64,000 bases of DNA from contig CAVWLP010000002.1 in the NCBI GenBank assembly GCA_963755915.1, positions 4,256,001-4,320,000 of the forward strand, written 5' to 3'. The number at the start of each line of letters is the position of its first letter. The stretch's first letter is position 1. The DNA is from an uncultured Phycisphaerales bacterium. GTDB taxonomy: Bacteria; Planctomycetota; Phycisphaerae; Tepidisphaerales; Tepidisphaeraceae. The translations under genes and the position numbers were made by a program. Shown piece by piece: positions 1-11,487 of the stretch. The notes below the pieces were generated by a model, which was given only the letters and a program-made list of their open reading frames with translations, was not told where the DNA came from and searched no databases.

Positions 1-1
1 C

Positions 2-2599
2 ATCGAATTAATGTCCTACACTTCGGAAACCGGCGCCTTCACAAGCGTACCGACAATCCCGGGGTACACGCTCGAATACAGCCCGACGGAACTCGAACTC
101 GTCCAGGGCGTCGTCAGCCTGACGTGGAATAACGCCGGCGCGTCCACACCCGACAACGGCACGTCCTGGGACACCACCAACAACAACTGGAACAACGGCG
201 TTGGTGCGACGACATATGCCGATGGCTCGTTTGTCACCTTCAACGACGCCAATAATGCGACCTCCAATGGCGGTACAAATCCAAACGCCTATAACGTGAC
301 GTTGAATGCCAACGTCAGCCCTGGCTCTGTGACGGTTAATAACAGTCTCGGGAACTACACCTTTACGGGCGCGGGCAGCATTGGCGGCACCACTTCTTTG
401 ATCAAAAATGGCACCGGCACTCTTACGATCAGCACCGCCAATACCTATAGCGGCGGAACGCAAATCAATAACGGCGCCGTGGTAGTTAACAACGGCACCG
501 CACTGGGCGCGTCCACCAACGCCGTCTCGCTTGGCACAACCGCTGCAGGGTTGGGAAGCTCCACCACATCCGTGGCGACGCTGACCCTGAACTCGAACCT
601 GACAGTTGGAAGCTTCTCAAGCCAAACCAACAACACTGCGGCCAACGTCATCACAATCGGCCCCAGCGACACCCTCACCGACAGCGGCAACTTTATCGTT
701 GGGCCAGTCAACAACAATACAAACAGCACCAACTACACCGGCGCCCTCACCGCAAGCGGCGGCGGGTCGCTGAGCATTGCGGGCTCACTAATGGTCGCCC
801 AAGCCAGCGTTGGAACCTCCGGGGGCGGCAAAGACACCACCACCGCCAACTTATCAGGGCTAAACAGTGTCAATGTGAACACCACCGGAACCGTCGGCAT
901 CGGCGACTTTGGGAACAGTTCGGGTACCCTCGTACTCGCGGATGCAACGAATGGCGCCACCGCGCCCAGCAACTCGCTTAACGCCTCGGAAATTGATGTC
1001 GGCAATACGCAGGGCCAGAACGATCAGGGCCCCTCCACTCTCACTCTGGGCTCGGGAACGAACGTGCTGCAGGCAAATACCATCAACATTGGGTTCGGCA
1101 AGACTGGAGGCATCATCAATTGGTCAAGCGACTCGACTTCCAGTTCGTCCCTGACCATTGAGGGAACCAACGGAAATGGCGCACTTGCGAACGTCACGCT
1201 CGGCGAGGCGAATGCCGCGACTTACACCACCGGAGAGCTTTCGCAGTTGCTGCTCGCCGGACACAACGTCAATGTTCAGACCAACACGTTAATTGTCGGC
1301 GATGCGACCGGGAACAGTGCCAATGGACCAAACGCGACCGTTACGTTCGACACCGGCACGTTAGATTCCCAGTGGGTCGAGATTTCGGCCGACACCGGTG
1401 GGACCAGTACCGTCGGTCCTGTTGGCGCCATTATTATCGGCGGCGCCTCGCCCAACACTTCCTCCACGGGAGTCTTTACCGTCGGCAGCGAGGGCAGTGG
1501 TGTTTTCAACATGGGCGTCTTCACCGGCAGTGCCACTGCCGACGAAAGTTCAGTGTTCACGATCAACAGCGGCACCGTCAATATCTTCACCAACATCGTC
1601 GTCTATAACACCAGCGCCAATGGAACCGTTACTTCCACGTTGACGCTCGCGGGCAACGGCGTGCTGAATATGGAGGGGAACCGGATTGGGAACAACGAGG
1701 GACAGGGTTCGGGTGATATGCCCATTACCACCGTCAACCTTGCCCCCAACGCGACGGATACACCAAGGCTGGAAAACCTTGGCTCCATCGGCATCAACAA
1801 CGCCGGCCTTACCATGAACGGTTTGGGGACTCTGATCCTCGCCGGAAACAATAGCTATATAGGGCCGACGAACGTCAGCTCCGGAACCCTCCTCGTCGCC
1901 AACGCCGGTGCTCTGCCAAGCGACACCGCCGTCACCATCACCGGTGGCACACTGGAGCTCGGCACGAGCACCGGCTTGGAGACGCTCGCGTCGCTTGCCG
2001 TCTCCGGCAATGGCGCACTGGACCTGACCAACAATCACGTCATCATCAACTACAGCGGCGGTCCGGATCCGATATCTACGATCTATAGCTATCTCGTGAG
2101 TGGGTTCAACGGCGACAAGTGGAACGGGCCCGGCATCATCTCCTCTACCGCCCAAACACTTCACAACGGGCTTCACTATGGCGTCGGCTGGGCAGACGGC
2201 GCGGATGGGACACATGCCGTCGCCGGACTAACCAGCGGCGAAATTGAGCTAAAGTACACCTTGCTCGGTGATGCCAACCTTGACGGCACCGTCAACGGAT
2301 CTGACTTCTCGATCCTGGCGGCGAATTTTGGCCTAGGGGTCACTAACTGGGACCAGGGCAACTTCCTTTACGGGAGTTCAGTGAATGGTTCGGACTTCAG
2401 CGCTCTAGCCGCCAACTTCGGGCAGGGTGACAGCGGCGCCGATGCCTCGGTATCCCAGGCTGATATTCAGGCGTTGGATTCGTTCGCCGTCGCCAACGGG
2501 TTGCCGCTGCCGGCGATCGGAGCTGTGCCGGAGCCGGTTTCGGGCGGTCTGTTCGTGGGCGCGGGATTTGCGATGCTGGCACGACGTCGGCGACGATAA
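2..2599 (+). CDS. PEP-CTERM surface protein with autotransporter-associated beta-strand repeats and dockerin-like module; 5' end lies outside the window
   Basis: Frame is open from the window edge. T/G/N/S-rich repeats (GTGTLTISTANTYSGGT), YTLLGDANLDGTVNGSDF module, C-terminal VPEP + hydrophobic stretch + RRRRR. Confidence 0.9.
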   Translation: MELMSYTSETGAFTSVPTIPGYTLEYSPTELELVQGVVSLTWNNAGASTPDNGTSWDTTNNNWNNGVGATTYADGSFVTFNDANNATSNGGTNPNAYNVTLNANVSPGSVTVNNSLGNYTFTGAGSIGGTTSLIKNGTGTLTISTANTYSGGTQINNGAVVVNNGTALGASTNAVSLGTTAAGLGSSTTSVATLTLNSNLTVGSFSSQTNNTAANVITIGPSDTLTDSGNFIVGPVNNNTNSTNYTGALTASGGGSLSIAGSLMVAQASVGTSGGGKDTTTANLSGLNSVNVNTTGTVGIGDFGNSSGTLVLADATNGATAPSNSLNASEIDVGNTQGQNDQGPSTLTLGSGTNVLQANTINIGFGKTGGIINWSSDSTSSSSLTIEGTNGNGALANVTLGEANAATYTTGELSQLLLAGHNVNVQTNTLIVGDATGNSANGPNATVTFDTGTLDSQWVEISADTGGTSTVGPVGAIIIGGASPNTSSTGVFTVGSEGSGVFNMGVFTGSATADESSVFTINSGTVNIFTNIVVYNTSANGTVTSTLTLAGNGVLNMEGNRIGNNEGQGSGDMPITTVNLAPNATDTPRLENLGSIGINNAGLTMNGLGTLILAGNNSYIGPTNVSSGTLLVANAGALPSDTAVTITGGTLELGTSTGLETLASLAVSGNGALDLTNNHVIINYSGGPDPISTIYSYLVSGFNGDKWNGPGIISSTAQTLHNGLHYGVGWADGADGTHAVAGLTSGEIELKYTLLGDANLDGTVNGSDFSILAANFGLGVTNWDQGNFLYGSSVNGSDFSALAANFGQGDSGADASVSQADIQALDSFAVANGLPLPAIGAVPEPVSGGLFVGAGFAMLARRRRR

Positions 2600-2654
2600 T
2601 AGAGTTAATATTGAGGCTGCCCCGTTCGATGTCCGTTCGATAATCCGGCAGGTC

Positions 2655-3743
2655 ATGATAAGGCCGTTTTCACTTGTCCTCATGGTGGTCGCTGCTGCGA
2701 TCCACTTCGTCTGTCCCGCGCATGGCGCTTCGGTACTGCTGACCGACGCTCAGCGCGCGAACCTCGCAACATTGATTCAGGATGACACTGAGGCGGCGAC
2801 GCTGTTTAAACCGATTCAAAGCGACGCCGACAAAATTCTCAGCGATCGCCCCAATCCCATTCCGCTGATTCAAACCGAAGGGCGCCTCGCCGGCGATCCC
2901 GTAAAGATGCGCACCTGGCAAAGCCTCGACGACATGAACAAACTCCGAAACCTCTCGTACGCGTGGGCGGTCACCGGCGATGCGCGATACGAGAACAAGA
3001 TTCACCAGTTCCTCATCGCTTGGGCAGCCGCAAACCACTCCGCCGGTGACCCGATTGACGATACGAACCTTGAGCCGGTGATTATCGCCTACGATCTCAC
3101 CCGTCAGACCTTTGAACCCCGCCAGAGGGAGATGATTGATCGCTATCTACGCGGTATTTTCGATGCCGAGGCTAAGACCGGCATCGGTCCCGCGCACACC
3201 ACAGTCAACAACTGGAACAGCCATCGCGTAAAGCTCCTGGGCCTCATCGCCTTCACCCTCGAGAACCGCGCGCTCATTGACTTGGTAACGTCCGCCTATC
3301 AGAAGCAGATTCGGCAGAACATTCTTCCGGACGGGTCATCGATCGATTTTCACGAGCGCGACGCTTTGCACTACCACCTTTACGACATTCAGCCGCTGCT
3401 CACCCTCGCCATCGCCGCCCGTAATAACGGCTACGATTTTTACAACTACAGGTCCCCCACCGGCAGTTCGCTGCCCGGGGCCGTCGCCTTTCTACTCAGT
3501 TTCGCCAACGGCTCGCGGACCCACCTGGAATTCGTCAACTCAACAGTCCCTTTCGACCATCAGCGTGCCGCCAACGGCGAGGGCGAGTACAAATCCCATC
3601 TCTGGAACCCCCACAACGCCATCTCCATTCTTGAACTTGCCGAGCAATTCGATCCCTCGTTGCTTCCCCTCATAGGCAAACTAACCGGCTCAACCGCGAG
3701 CCGTTTTCCGACATGGCAAACCGTGCTCAATAGCGTCAGGTGA
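2655..3743 (+). CDS. Secreted alginate lyase family (PF05426-like) protein
   Basis: Signal peptide from ATG 2655 (MIRPFSLVLM...AHGAS); NNWNSH and DFHERDALHYHLY motifs. The ORF-track start at 2427 overlaps the upstream gene. Confidence 0.7.
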   Translation: MIRPFSLVLMVVAAAIHFVCPAHGASVLLTDAQRANLATLIQDDTEAATLFKPIQSDADKILSDRPNPIPLIQTEGRLAGDPVKMRTWQSLDDMNKLRNLSYAWAVTGDARYENKIHQFLIAWAAANHSAGDPIDDTNLEPVIIAYDLTRQTFEPRQREMIDRYLRGIFDAEAKTGIGPAHTTVNNWNSHRVKLLGLIAFTLENRALIDLVTSAYQKQIRQNILPDGSSIDFHERDALHYHLYDIQPLLTLAIAARNNGYDFYNYRSPTGSSLPGAVAFLLSFANGSRTHLEFVNSTVPFDHQRAANGEGEYKSHLWNPHNAISILELAEQFDPSLLPLIGKLTGSTASRFPTWQTVLNSVR

Positions 3744-4887
3744 CCACCGCCTGCTTTGCCGTACCAAAGCCGCTGTGGCGGCGGAATTCTGTCGGCGATT
3801 CGCCTACGTGCTTGCGAAACACCACTCCCAGCGGCGTCGCGCTCGTGAAGCCGGACGCGGCAGCCACTTCCTCGATCGACAGCGTCGTGGCAACCAGCAG
3901 TTGCTTGGCTCGCTCCACGTGTGCCCGGCGAATTTCGGACCCGACCGAATGGCCGATGGTCTGCAGAAACCGCCGCTCCAAAGAACGGCGTGAAATCGAC
4001 AGATGCTCGACCACATCATCCACCTGGAGGGGCCTGGCGCAATTCGACTTGATGAACTGCAAGCTCTCCGCAACATACGAATCATCAACGCAGCTCACAT
4101 CCGTTGTCGCCCGTGGCACAACGTACAGAGGCGCAAGCCGTGTCATCAGCGGGGACGCAGTACCGTTGAGTGATTCTTCCAGCAGCCGCGCCGCCTCGAA
4201 GCCGATCTTCGCCGCGGGGATGGCGATGCTGGAAAGCGGGCAGGCGCCGACCATATTTAATAGCTCGTCGTCATCCACGCCCAGAACCGCTGCCTGATCG
4301 GGCACAGTGATCTCAACCTGCCGCGCTGCCGACAAAAGTCGGTGCGCCCACGCATCGTTGCAGCAGAAGATCGCGATCGGCGTGGGCAGACTCGTCAGCC
4401 ACGAGGCAAGCGTCGTCTTATCGGTATCGCATTGATGACACGCAGCGCCCTTGGCGGCCAGTTTTGACTTGAACGCTTCCCCTCGCAGCCGGCCATATTC
4501 GAAACGCCCCGCCGTGCAGAACCCGAAATGCCTAATTCCCAGCGAGAGAAGATATTCCGCCGCCATCTCACCAATGGCAATATCATCAGGCAACACTGTT
4601 GGCACGGCGTGCTCGATGGCGCAATGGTTCGCCACGTTCACCGCCGGCTTGCCCAGTTCACACAGTTTCATCAATAGCTGCGGCGTACGCGCCTGAGTGA
4701 TCAAGCCATCGACTTTCCAATTTTCAATTTGCGGCGCCGCTTCGAAGGCCCAGAAGCGCGGCTCCATCGTGATCTCCCAATGGGGATTCCGATGGCAAAA
4801 CTCCATTACGCCACGGATCACCTCTCGGCCGTACGAGCCAACTGTGTCGATGTCCAAGCCGATTGCCCGTTTGTTTTTCATGGCCAT
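3736..4887 (-). CDS. XylR-type regulator (periplasmic-binding-fold sensor + C-terminal AraC HTH)
   Basis: YGREVIRGV, PIAIFCCND, AVLGVDDD, SRRSLERRF, GESPTEFR. Confidence 0.9.
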   Translation of the reverse strand: MAMKNKRAIGLDIDTVGSYGREVIRGVMEFCHRNPHWEITMEPRFWAFEAAPQIENWKVDGLITQARTPQLLMKLCELGKPAVNVANHCAIEHAVPTVLPDDIAIGEMAAEYLLSLGIRHFGFCTAGRFEYGRLRGEAFKSKLAAKGAACHQCDTDKTTLASWLTSLPTPIAIFCCNDAWAHRLLSAARQVEITVPDQAAVLGVDDDELLNMVGACPLSSIAIPAAKIGFEAARLLEESLNGTASPLMTRLAPLYVVPRATTDVSCVDDSYVAESLQFIKSNCARPLQVDDVVEHLSISRRSLERRFLQTIGHSVGSEIRRAHVERAKQLLVATTLSIEEVAAASGFTSATPLGVVFRKHVGESPTEFRRHSGFGTAKQAVVT

Positions 4888-4912
4888 TGCGCACTTTTAT
4901 TATACCACAATT

Positions 4913-5068
4913 TGCCGCAAATTCGAGAGGAATCAATCTAATTCCGCCCATTGCAATGTAAGTAGTTATTCAGCAGCATTTTATGGCACAAAACGACAGC
5001 TCGAAGCAAAAGTACACCCGGGACTGATTGGGCTGTCGTAAAATCTAGAAACTTTGGCGATAAATCGC
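4913..5068. promoter_or_regulatory. Candidate XylR/AraC operator direct repeats
   Basis: tgccgcaaattcg (4913), tgtcgtaaaatct (5034) and tggcgataaatcg (5055); the last two are 21 bp apart, in the divergent intergenic region. Confidence 0.4.
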
Positions 5069-5173
5069 GCAGCCGCCTCCCGAATCTGGTGGAATACTTC
5101 ATCACGTTAACGAGCACCAGGCCCAAATCATTTCCAGCCGGATTGCTCTGAGTCTTCCATCGAGGAGAAAACG

Positions 5174-6251
5174 ATGATCACGCGGAGATCAGAGGTTTGC
5201 GGAGAACAATCCAGGAGCTCGACGCCTTCAGCATTCACTTTGGTCGAACTGCTGGTAGTAATCGGCATCATCGCAATCTTGATCAGCCTGCTTCTACCCG
5301 CTCTGAACCGGGCTCGCCGACAAGCGGCCACAGTGGAGTGCGGTAGCAACATGCGGCAGATAGCGCTGGCCGTATTGAACTACACCAACGACAACGGCGG
5401 ACATCTCATGCCCGCGCTCATTTGGCCTGTGCCGCCAGCTCAGAGCGGAGGCCTCAGTCCGTATGCTGATGGATTCTTTTGGGCCGCCGAGCTTGTCCAT
5501 CAGCACTACATCAGCGCCGAATTGTCAGCATCAGCCGCCGCCAAATGAAAACAACGCCGCCCCCCCGCCAAATGTATCCTCCGTCTTTGAATGTCCCGAA
5601 GGCTTTACGCCCGACGAAACCGGCCCCCTCGATAACGGGCAGTCGTTCAACTACGGTACCTATCCTACCGACCCACACAACAACGACTGGTGCTATTGCA
5701 TCGACGACGATCCCAGAGGCGATGGCCAGCAACCTTATGGCACGGCCACATGGTATGAGTTAAATGACCGCCTCACCGGCTACACTTCCAATTACACCAA
5801 CAGCGGCGCTTTCAATTGCCCGTTCGTTTATTTCCAGGCCGGCACCGACAGCCTCGGGCAGACCGAGCTCCAAAATATTCGCAATCCCAATTACAGCCGC
5901 ACCATCAGCATGATCAGGCACAGCAGCATGATGGTCATGGTCTCCGAAGCCGCCTGCATCGACTGGGTAAGCCAGACCCCCTCCACCGTCAATGGAGTTA
6001 CGCATTACGCTCCACGCTTAGGCGCACGGCATGGTCAGAAAACCAAGGACGGAACAAATGCCTACACCAACGTCGCCTATTTCGATGGCCATGTGGAGCT
6101 TATCCCCACATACCCGATTGACAGCGACTCCGGAAACCAGTTGGGAACCGTGCCCGGCCTCCAACCTCTCAGCAGCGGCAGCATAGACGGTATTTCAGCG
6201 CAGTTTCAATCGACCGGCACGATCTTCACTCTCTGGCAGGACCGGCGATAA
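5174..6251 (+). CDS. DUF1559-type prepilin N-terminal cleavage/methylation protein; one frameshift at ~5515
   Basis: [42 protein letters not shown]-terminal RH...NVAYFDGHV. Joins ORFs 5174-5548 and 5463-6251. Confidence 0.85.
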
Positions 6252-6369
6252 ACGCGCGTGCGACATTCTCCCTTTCGCGGGCGGTGGTTAAACCTGTTAA
6301 GCACAGTCGCTTGAGCCGCTTCAGAAACGCCACATTGCGGGGGAAAACGATCGATATCGTGAGCAGCGA

Positions 6370-8567
6370 ATGCATTATTTTCTGAGGTGTCTCTTGATCA
6401 CTAGTGGTGTTCTTTCCGCACTCGCAAGCGATGCAGCGACTGCGCGGGCCGCGCAGAAGCCGGTCTTTGTCGATCTTTCCCGGCCCCTGTACCTCGACCC
6501 GGCGCAGCCGATCGATGCGCGCGTCGACGATCTGCTGGCGCGGATGTCGCTCGACGACAAAATCGCAATCATCCACGGAGATTCAAAGTTTTCGACTGCG
6601 GCGATCCCGCGCCTGGGCATCCCGCAGCGCTGGCTTTCCGATGGCCCGCATGGAGTTCGCGAACAGGTCAGCCATGACACCTGGGACGCAAACGGCGACA
6701 GCGACGATTTCTCCACCTGGCTTCCTGTTCTGCTCAACCTCGCCGCCACCTGGGACCCTTCGCTCGCCTACACCTATGGACAAACCATCGGCGAGGAAGC
6801 ACGCAAGCGCGGCAAACAGATCATGCTTGGACCCAGTGTTAACATCCAACGCACTCCTCTATGCGGCCGCAATTTCGAATATATGGGCGAAGACCCATTT
6901 CTTGCTTCGCGGATGGCCGTCCAATACATCCGGGGCGAGCAATCGCAGGGCGTCTCAGCGTGCGTTAAACATTTCGCCGCGAACAATCAGGAAATTCAGC
7001 GGCACACAATCGACGTGGAGATGGATGAACGTGCATTGCAAGAAATTTATCTTCCTGCCTTCAAAGCCGCGGTCCAGGAAGGTGATGTCTGGTGCGTAAT
7101 GGGAGCTTACAACAAATTCCGCGGGCAATACTGTAGCCAAAACGAATACCTGCTCAACGAAGTCTTGAAAAAGGAATGGGGGTTTCGTGGACTTGTGGTC
7201 TCGGACTGGAATGCCACCCACGACACTCTCGAAGCTGCCCAGAACGGCCTGGATTTAGAAATGGGGACGGAAAACAAATCGTACGATCACTACTATCTGG
7301 CCGATCCCTTGGCGGAGCTGATACGCCGCGGCGAAATCCCAATGTCGATTTTGGATGATAAAGTCCGCCGGAATCTGCGCGTAATGTTCGCCACACACAT
7401 GTTCGATGATCTGGCGGCGTGGGACGCCGCCGGAAGATTGAACACGAACGAGCACCAAGTCACAGGCGCAAGGTTGCCGAAGAGGGAATCGTGCTTCTCA
7501 AGAACGATTCGAATTTCCTCCCGCTCGACCCCGCGAGGCTGAGATCCATCGCTGTCATAGGCGAAAATGCCACCCGAACCTTCGCCAATGCGGGCGGTAG
7601 CGCCAAGATCAAATCGCTGTATGAAATCACGTCGCTCCAGGGCCTTCTGAACCGCGTTGGACAAACAGTTGATATCAACTACTCCATCGGATACTCGCGC
7701 AAAGGTACTGCAGATGAGATGATCGGCCGCGCCGTACACACGGCGTCCGAGTCGGATGTCGTCATACTTGTGGCGGGGTTAAGCCACGATAAATTCCATG
7801 ACGAGGAAGGGAGTGATCGCAAAGACCTGCGGCTGCCTTATCGCCAGGACGAATTGATTGAACAGGTTGTCAAAGCAAATCCGCGAACGGTTGTCGTGCT
7901 CATCGATGGCGGCGCCGTTGAGATGGACCCCTGGATCGATCAAGTCCCGGCCATCCTTCAAGCCTGGTATCCGGGCATGGAAGGCGGTAACGCGATCGCC
8001 GCCATTCTTTTCGGCGATGTAAACCCCTCTGGCAAGCTCCCCTTCACCTTCCCGCGGAAACTTGCCGATTCCCCTGCCCACGCCCTCAAAGCCTACCCCG
8101 GCGAAAACGGTGTCGTTCGCTACAGCGAAGGTTTACTCGTCGGCTACCGGTGGTTCGATACTAAACAGATCGAGCCCCTTTTTCCTTTCGGCTTCGGCCT
8201 CTCCTATACCACGTTCGCCTACTCCAACATGAATATCATTCCCGGCTCCAATCCCTCCGCACCCATCGTGACCGTTTCTTGCGATATCACGAACACCGGT
8301 CATCGCCAAGGGCAGGAAGTCGTGCAGCTTTACATCCACCAAGGGCATCCAAGTCTCGCTCGTCCCGAAAAGGAATTGAAAGGCTTCGCTAAGATCTCAT
8401 TGAGACCGGGCGAAACCGATAAAATCTCAATCCCGCTTACGCGCGAAGCCTTTTCGTTCTATGATCCCGCGCGAAAGGCGTGGGTGGCCGAAAAAGACGA
8501 CTTTACCATCATGCTTGGCAGCTCAAGCCGCGAAATCCGCCTCAGCGACCGATGGTCGCTTCCATAA
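6370..8567 (+). CDS. Secreted GH3 beta-glucosidase/xylosidase with Fn3 domain; one frameshift at ~7467
   Basis: SDGPHGVR, GRNFEYMGEDP, CVKHFAANNQE, VVSDW, SGKLPFTFP, GYRWFD, PEKELKGF. Confidence 0.92.
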
Positions 8568-8757
8568 ACGCTCGTCAACCCATAACTGCTTCCGCCTGTG
8601 CCCACGGAAGTATGAAGCCGAGGCCGGCGCAATCATTGCCTTTGGCTTTGAGAAGCTTCACCTCTACAAAAGGCGATCGTTTTCGCCGACGCGATTTGCA
8701 CGATTACGGGCGACGTTCCGCGCGGCGATTTCTTCGTCGGCGACTAACCAAGCCGCG

Positions 8758-9922
8758 TCATTTCGCCAAATTCCCCAACCGCGCGTCCATCGCGTACCAA
8801 AATCGCCGACCCTCGGGCGTTTGCATATCTGCCATGAGCCATAGGGTTCGCGCGATTGAGGCGTTGTCGATCGCATCGACGGGGGGCTTGTTCGTCCAGG
8901 AATCAAATTCATAATCGGCATTGTTCGTCGCCCGGAGAAGAAAATGCCGATCGCCGGTCGCGCGGAACATTTCCAGATCGGCCTCCGCCATTAAATGGGC
9001 CCATTTCACGGGATCGCGGTAGGCGCCGATGCGCCGATCGAGAAACCAGTCGGCCGAAAACGCCGATTGGCGGGCTTCCGACAAATAGGCTTGATTGCCC
9101 GTGGCGCGATAGAGTCCCAGAAGAGCACGGATCATCAGCGCGGTATTGTAGGTGAGTTTGGCATGATTTATTTTGCTGGAGCTCACGACGATGGAATCGA
9201 AATAGAGCCCGTCACGGTCGCGAAAATGGCGATCGGTCCAGGCAACGATTTGTTCGGCCCTGGCAACGAACCCGCACCGATTGCCGCGGAAGATATGAGG
9301 CGATTCGCAGACAGCCCACGGCCGCGGGTGCGTTGGCGCAGACATTTTTGGAATCCCCCTTGTGGCCAGCGTGCCACCAGATTCCACCGCCGAGCGCGTC
9401 GTCCCATCCAGAGAGAACGAAATCGAGGCATTCCTTTGCCCGGTCGAAATAGCGGCGGTCGCCGGTTAACTGGTAGGCTTCGGTGAAGGTAAGGACCATC
9501 CACGCGTTGTCGTCATAGTATCGGTCGTCGTTTCCGCTGCGCGGCGGCCACGGCTCGAAGCCGGCAGGCGAGGTCCGCGCATCCCAATAGGCGTTGAGGG
9601 CGACGAAGAAGCGATTCATGACGGGCAAATAATCAGCCGGATCATGACGCGCCGCGCCGACCAGGGCCGGGAACATCACCCCGTTGCCCCACATGAAATC
9701 GATGTCGTTGCTGCCGATTTTTCCGCGGTAAAGCCCGCCCGGCAACGCAAAATGATTGTCGATATATTTGGTAACCGTCTGGGCGGCGGCAACATAATCG
9801 ATTCGCTGGTTGGATGGTCTTGTAAGGGCGGTGACGCCGTTTTCGTCGGCAGCCGCATAAGGCGAAGCCGTGCAAATCGCCAGAATAATCAGGTTTCCAA
9901 GCTGGACCATCCGCAGCATCAT
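8758..9922 (-). CDS. GH76 family glycoside hydrolase (alpha-1,6-mannanase-like); one frameshift at ~9286
   Basis: Signal peptide; YYDDNAW catalytic motif, GGGIWW, SKNVCANAP, LTYNTALMI. Confidence 0.85.
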
Positions 9923-10046
9923 CGCGTCTCCTGGGCACTCATCGATCCGCCACTTCCTATCCCGCGCCTATACTTGGCCGCGGGCTATAATATCCGCGTC
10001 TCGCGCGGATGGATTGCAACGGCACGCAAGGATAGGAGTTTGTTGG

Positions 10047-11330
10047 ATGATTGCCGCACCGATTCCCGTTAACGAGGCCGAGCGCCTCGCCGAATTACAG
10101 GCTTTGAAAATTCTCGATACGCCTTCCGAATCGCGGTTCGATCGTATCGTCGAATTGGCTGCCCGGGTCTTTAATGTTCCGATCGCCTACGTCGCGATGG
10201 TCGATGCCAATAGGCAGTGGTTCAAATCGCGCAAGGGCCTGGAAGTGGCGGAAAATCCGCGCGGCGTTTCGTTCTGTTCCCACACCATCCTCCAGGATGG
10301 GCCGCTGGTCATCGACGATGCCCTGCTCGATCCACGGTTTTGCGACAGCCCGCTGGTCCTTGGCGAGCCGTATGTGCGGTTTTATGCGGGGCATCCGCTG
10401 AGGGCGCCGGGCGGCTCGAAAGTCGGCACGCTTTGTCTGGCCGACCACACGCCGCGCACGCTCACCGATAGCGATCTGGAACTTCTGAAGCGCCTTGCCG
10501 CCATGGCCGAGCACGAACTGGGGATGGTGAGCCTCATCCGCTCGCAGCGCGAGCTTCTGGAAACAAAGACGCAGTTGATCGAAGCGCAGACGCGCCTGGC
10601 GCATGAATTGTCCGAAGCGGCCGAATACGTGAAGTCGCTTCTGCCCCAGCCGCTGAGTGGATCGATCCGCTCCAACTGGCAGTTCGTCAGCTCATCGGCC
10701 CTGGGGGGCGATTTCTTCGGACACCGCTGGCTCAACGAGAATTGCCTGGCCATCTTTTTGCTCGACGTCATGGGCCACGGCGTCGGGGCGGCGCTTCTAT
10801 CGACATCCGTCGAATCGGTTCTTCGCGGCGGGCCGATCGCCAACATCGCCCTGGACGATCCGGCGGCTGTGATCAAAACCCTCAACCTCGCCTTTCCAAT
10901 GCAGGACAACGACCAGCGTTTCTTCAGCATGTGGTATGGCGTCTACGACCGCCGCGACCGTACGCTGACCTTTACCAACGCCGGCCATCCGCCCGCCCTT
11001 CTGGTCCACGGACACAAGTCTTCAAGCCCGACGATCCACCGGCTCGGCGCCACCGGAACCATGGTCGGCGCCATCCCCGATTCTCATTTCACGTCCCGGC
11101 GAATCCCTGTTCCGCACCACTCGCGGCTCTACCTCTACAGCGACGGCGCTTACGAACTTACAACCCCGGATGGCGGAATGCTTGCCGTCGAAGATCTCGA
11201 AGCGATCATCACCCGCGTCTCATCGAACGACACCCCGCAGACCGCCGAAATCCTCCGCCTCATCCGGGAGGCCCATGGGCATGCCGAATTTCAGGATGAT
11301 GTATCGCTGCTTGAAGTGGAGTTTGACTAA
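10047..11330 (+). CDS. GAF + PP2C (SpoIIE/RsbU-type) serine phosphatase
   Basis: RBS aggag at 10034; EAERLAEL..ILDT, SFCSHTI, VRFYAGHPL; GGDFF, DVMGHG, NAGHPP, YSDG, DDVS. Confidence 0.9.
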   Translation: MIAAPIPVNEAERLAELQALKILDTPSESRFDRIVELAARVFNVPIAYVAMVDANRQWFKSRKGLEVAENPRGVSFCSHTILQDGPLVIDDALLDPRFCDSPLVLGEPYVRFYAGHPLRAPGGSKVGTLCLADHTPRTLTDSDLELLKRLAAMAEHELGMVSLIRSQRELLETKTQLIEAQTRLAHELSEAAEYVKSLLPQPLSGSIRSNWQFVSSSALGGDFFGHRWLNENCLAIFLLDVMGHGVGAALLSTSVESVLRGGPIANIALDDPAAVIKTLNLAFPMQDNDQRFFSMWYGVYDRRDRTLTFTNAGHPPALLVHGHKSSSPTIHRLGATGTMVGAIPDSHFTSRRIPVPHHSRLYLYSDGAYELTTPDGGMLAVEDLEAIITRVSSNDTPQTAEILRLIREAHGHAEFQDDVSLLEVEFD

Positions 11331-11366
11331 ACAGGAATGCAAAATGATTGCCGTCATTTCTGTAAC

Positions 11367-11405
11367 CCCTCTCCCGGTACTCCGGGAGAGGGTTGGGGTG
11401 AGGGC
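11367..11405. repeat. REP-like palindrome
   Basis: ccctctcccgg-tact-ccgggagaggg perfect 11-bp stem, followed by ttggggtgagggc. Confidence 0.7.
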
Positions 11406-11432
11406 CGTGAGCGAATCACAAAGAAAAATAGA

Positions 11433-11487
11433 TCGCGCAGAGGCGCAGAGCACGCAGAGAATTTGCATCCCAAGCTCCGCGCCTCTG
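11433..11487. repeat. REP-like palindrome (cgcagag type) split by the intron; remainder at 13461-13465
   Basis: Left arm tcgcgcagaggcgcagag. The right arm ctccgcgcctctg|cgcga is complete only after removing the intron; 17 of 18 positions pair. Confidence 0.8.
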
